This document shows, piece after piece, positions 61,402-64,000 of a stretch of DNA of 64,000 bases. The DNA is from Verrucomicrobiota bacterium (GTDB taxonomy: Bacteria > Verrucomicrobiota > Verrucomicrobiia > Limisphaerales > AAA164-E04), in the NCBI GenBank assembly GCA_047947115.1, contig CP170459.1:2912001-2976000 (forward strand). Reading direction: 5' to 3'. Numbering within the stretch: the stretch's first letter is position 1; each line of letters begins with the position of its first letter. Made by a program: the position numbers and the translations under genes. A model generated the notes under the pieces. The model was not told the DNA's origin. It searched no databases and was given only the letters and a program-made list of their open reading frames with translations.

Positions 61402-62961
61402 TCATTCTTTGTCCAGTTTTTGCTGCAATAATTTTGCGATATCCTTGGCTGCCGGGACTCCCGCCCAGTAGGTGATGAGTCCATACAGGCTGGTCCCAAT
61501 GATCAATGGGACGAAGACCTCCACCAATTGTGTCCAAATATTGGGTGTTTCCACCAGGCTGACAATGTATTTCCAGGTTGCCCATGTAATGAATGCCGCC
61601 AACACTCCCGAGCCCAGCACCGTCAGGGTCGGGATCTTCATTTCCTGAACTTTCATATTCGGAAATTTACGGCGTATAGCATACCATAACAGGCCCAAGT
61701 TGACCAATGAACTCAAGGTGTTGGCGATCCCCATGCCCGCTTGTTTGTAGGTCGGAATCAGGAAAAGTGCGAACAACAGATTGCAACTCAGACTGAACAC
61801 GCTGATGCGCATCGGGGTTTTGACATCGCCCAGCGCAAAAAAAGCGCGTGCCAGGATGTTTACCAAAGAGAAAGCCACCAAACCAGGCATCAGGCATTTG
61901 AGCGCTGTGGCCGCACGCAGGGTTGAGTCATGGCTGAATTCGCCTCCTTCGAAGATCAAGCGGACAATGGGTTCCGCCATGACGATCGTGACCGTGGTTG
62001 CGATCCAGTTGGCGTAAATCAAATATCCCATACCCTGTCGAAGACCGGTTTGGAATTCGCCATATTTTTTCTCGGCGGCCAGTCCCGACAACATGGGTAG
62101 CATGAAAGTCGCCAGTGAAATTCCAAAGATACCCTGAGGCAGTTCCATCAACCGGGTGGCATAATTGAACGAGGCCACAATATAATCGCTTTCGGTGAAA
62201 GCGATGGCGTTGGTCAGGATGATGTTCAGTTGAAAGGCTGCGACACCGACTACCCCCGGAAGGATGCGAGTGATCAATTGTTTGACGGTGTCATTGTTAA
62301 ACGGATTGATCCACCGATACCGGAAGCCTTCTTTGAACAGGAGCGGGACCTGAAAGAGCATTTGAGCCACACCCGCAATCAAGACGCCCACAGCCAATCC
62401 TTCGATTTGACTGAACAGAGTATCGCCGAATCCTGGAGCCAGGAAGTAAACGGAAGCAATCATCACCACGTTCAGCATGGTGGCACCCATGGCCGGGATG
62501 AAAAAATGTCCCCGGGCGTTCAACATCCCCATCAGGACAGCTGCCACGCAGACCATGATAACATAGGGCGCCATGATCCTGAGCAGTTTGAGGAACAGGA
62601 TCGTTTCCAATGAAAGAGTCATGCCCTTCAGAACTGCCGTGGCAATCAGGATGATGAAGGTCGCGGCGATTGCACAGATGGTAATAAGCGCGGAAATGGT
62701 GGCGTTTGCGACCAGCCACATGGCTTTTTCTCCCTCCTGCATTTCCCTTTCCTTGAACATGGGGATAAAGGCAGCCGTTAAGGCGCCCTCACCAAGGAGT
62801 CTTCGAAAAAGATTGGGCACTTGAAATGCGAACAAGAACGCGCTGGCTTGCCAGGTGTCACCCATGAATCGGGAATAGACCATTTCCCGCAACATGCCGA
62901 GGATGCGACTCAGCAGTGTGGCGGCACCCATGGCGCCTGATGATTTGAGCATTTTGGACAT
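61402..62961 (-). CDS. murJ: lipid II flippase
   Basis: LSRILG..RE, AFQVPNLFRRLLGEGALTAAFIP, YATRLMELPQG, FFALGD.KTP; start at ATG 62961. Confidence 0.95.
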   Translation of the reverse strand: MSKMLKSSGAMGAATLLSRILGMLREMVYSRFMGDTWQASAFLFAFQVPNLFRRLLGEGALTAAFIPMFKEREMQEGEKAMWLVANATISALITICAIAATFIILIATAVLKGMTLSLETILFLKLLRIMAPYVIMVCVAAVLMGMLNARGHFFIPAMGATMLNVVMIASVYFLAPGFGDTLFSQIEGLAVGVLIAGVAQMLFQVPLLFKEGFRYRWINPFNNDTVKQLITRILPGVVGVAAFQLNIILTNAIAFTESDYIVASFNYATRLMELPQGIFGISLATFMLPMLSGLAAEKKYGEFQTGLRQGMGYLIYANWIATTVTIVMAEPIVRLIFEGGEFSHDSTLRAATALKCLMPGLVAFSLVNILARAFFALGDVKTPMRISVFSLSCNLLFALFLIPTYKQAGMGIANTLSSLVNLGLLWYAIRRKFPNMKVQEMKIPTLTVLGSGVLAAFITWATWKYIVSLVETPNIWTQLVEVFVPLIIGTSLYGLITYWAGVPAAKDIAKLLQQKLDKE

Positions 62962-63182
62962 GTTGACACGGAGCGGTATCCTCTGGGCATGATACGTTTT
63001 GCGTTCATTCACCTCAGGACCCTCGCTGGCGCATCATAAGCAAACCCAGATCGGCGGCAACCCTTTCTCACTTTTAAAGCAAATAAATTGTCATTGACGA
63101 AAATGAACACTGGCACATTTGACAGGGCTGGCCTAATTTTTAGCTCCGCAATCTTCTAACGAAATTCGGTTCACTCAGTAAA

Positions 63183-63776
63183 TTGGCAAAAAGAAAATCC
63201 AGATCAGCCGCACGGAAAGGTTGGAAAGGCACAACTTCCAATCTGGGCAGGGCTGTGGAAATCGGATTGGCCTGGGTTGGCGCGTTGCTGCTGGTGGAAA
63301 TGGTCGATTACGGTGTGGGAGGCCGCTTGGATGCCTTTGGGATTCTTCCAAGAACCTGGCCCGGTTTGGTGGGGGTGATCACCAGCCCGTTGCTACATGC
63401 CAATTTTGCTCACCTTACCGCCAATGCCGGTCCGATGGCCCTTTTGTTGGCCATTTTGTTCTCTGATGCGCGTTACCATCCCAAAACCAGTCTTGCCCTC
63501 ATTTGGTTGGTCAGTGGGCTTGGGACCTGGCTGATCGGACGCCCCGCCATCCATATCGGAGCCAGTTCGATTATCTACGGGTTGGTCTCCTTCCTGATCG
63601 TGGCATCCCTCTGGATGAAAAGCTGGCGGGCCCTGTTCTTTTCCATTGTGGTCTTCTTTCTGTTCGGGGGACTTTTTTATGGAATTTTTCATGTGAGTGC
63701 GGGTGTGTCCTGGGAAGGGCACCTGAGTGGCGCTCTTGCTGGCGTCTGGGTGGCATGGGTGATGCATGGTCGGTGA
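63183..63776 (+). CDS. rhomboid-family intramembrane serine protease
   Basis: GILPR, PLLHANFAHL..N, HIGASS, SWEGHL.G. Confidence 0.9.
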   Translation: MAKRKSRSAARKGWKGTTSNLGRAVEIGLAWVGALLLVEMVDYGVGGRLDAFGILPRTWPGLVGVITSPLLHANFAHLTANAGPMALLLAILFSDARYHPKTSLALIWLVSGLGTWLIGRPAIHIGASSIIYGLVSFLIVASLWMKSWRALFFSIVVFFLFGGLFYGIFHVSAGVSWEGHLSGALAGVWVAWVMHGR

Positions 63777-64000
63777 TGAATGTCTCCAAGTGGGCGATTC
63801 AAGAGTTGGAGGAAAACAGTCCGCATTTTGGTTGGGACGTCCTCGATTCTTCTGGGATGCTCGTCCGGCAGCGGGGGCGCACAACGCAAAGGGTTTTTCT
63901 TTACCCTTACGCGTTCATGGCCCTGCGGCAGCAAGGCCCTACCTTTCACTTGTCCACTCATTTTATATCGGGCTGGTCTTCAAAATATGACCGTTTTTGA
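63776..64000 (+). CDS. small hypothetical protein (74 aa)
   Basis: ATG overlaps the rhomboid stop (TGATG); no recognisable motif. Confidence 0.3.
   Translation: MNVSKWAIQELEENSPHFGWDVLDSSGMLVRQRGRTTQRVFLYPYAFMALRQQGPTFHLSTHFISGWSSKYDRF

Noticed and set aside
63110..63145. Sigma54 promoter between murJ and the rhomboid gene
   Set aside because: TGGC motifs are present but the GG-to-GC spacing does not fit the -24/-12 consensus

Overview
Chromosomal window from a PVC-superphylum bacterium, most likely Verrucomicrobiota. The evidence is PSCyt/PSD1 and PVC-type CxxCH proteins, an H-X9-DG prepilin-like protein, three sulfatases and Verrucomicrobia-like C-terminal modules. Housekeeping genes (pdxH, nadA, tilS, ispH, mogA, U32/rlhA-like, ftsB, murJ, tRNA-Pro, tRNA-Lys) are mixed with polysaccharide and uronate genes (CE15, CE1, uxaE, sulfatases). 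Five points stand out. (1) A 7-gene sulfide/persulfide operon: ArsR with a palindromic operator, SQR, single-Cys TusE/DsrC-like, DsrE2, a damaged FadL-like channel, a CxxC lipoprotein and an exported peroxiredoxin. (2) A secreted S1 protease with about 6 PPC-like domains, next to a 2979-aa apparently non-catalytic protein with about 19 PPC-like repeats, on either side of tRNA-Lys. (3) A shared 'E/Q-S-x-D-L/F-x-x-W ... F/Y-Y-R/Q-V/I' module in three secreted proteins, a possible sorting domain. (4) A membrane protein/wHTH/ispH unit with a repeated operator-like motif. (5) Several small repeat families, including a GTAG-REP whose stems covary. No CRISPR array, integrase, transposase or rRNA was seen. 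All calls come from motif recognition by eye; no searches were run.
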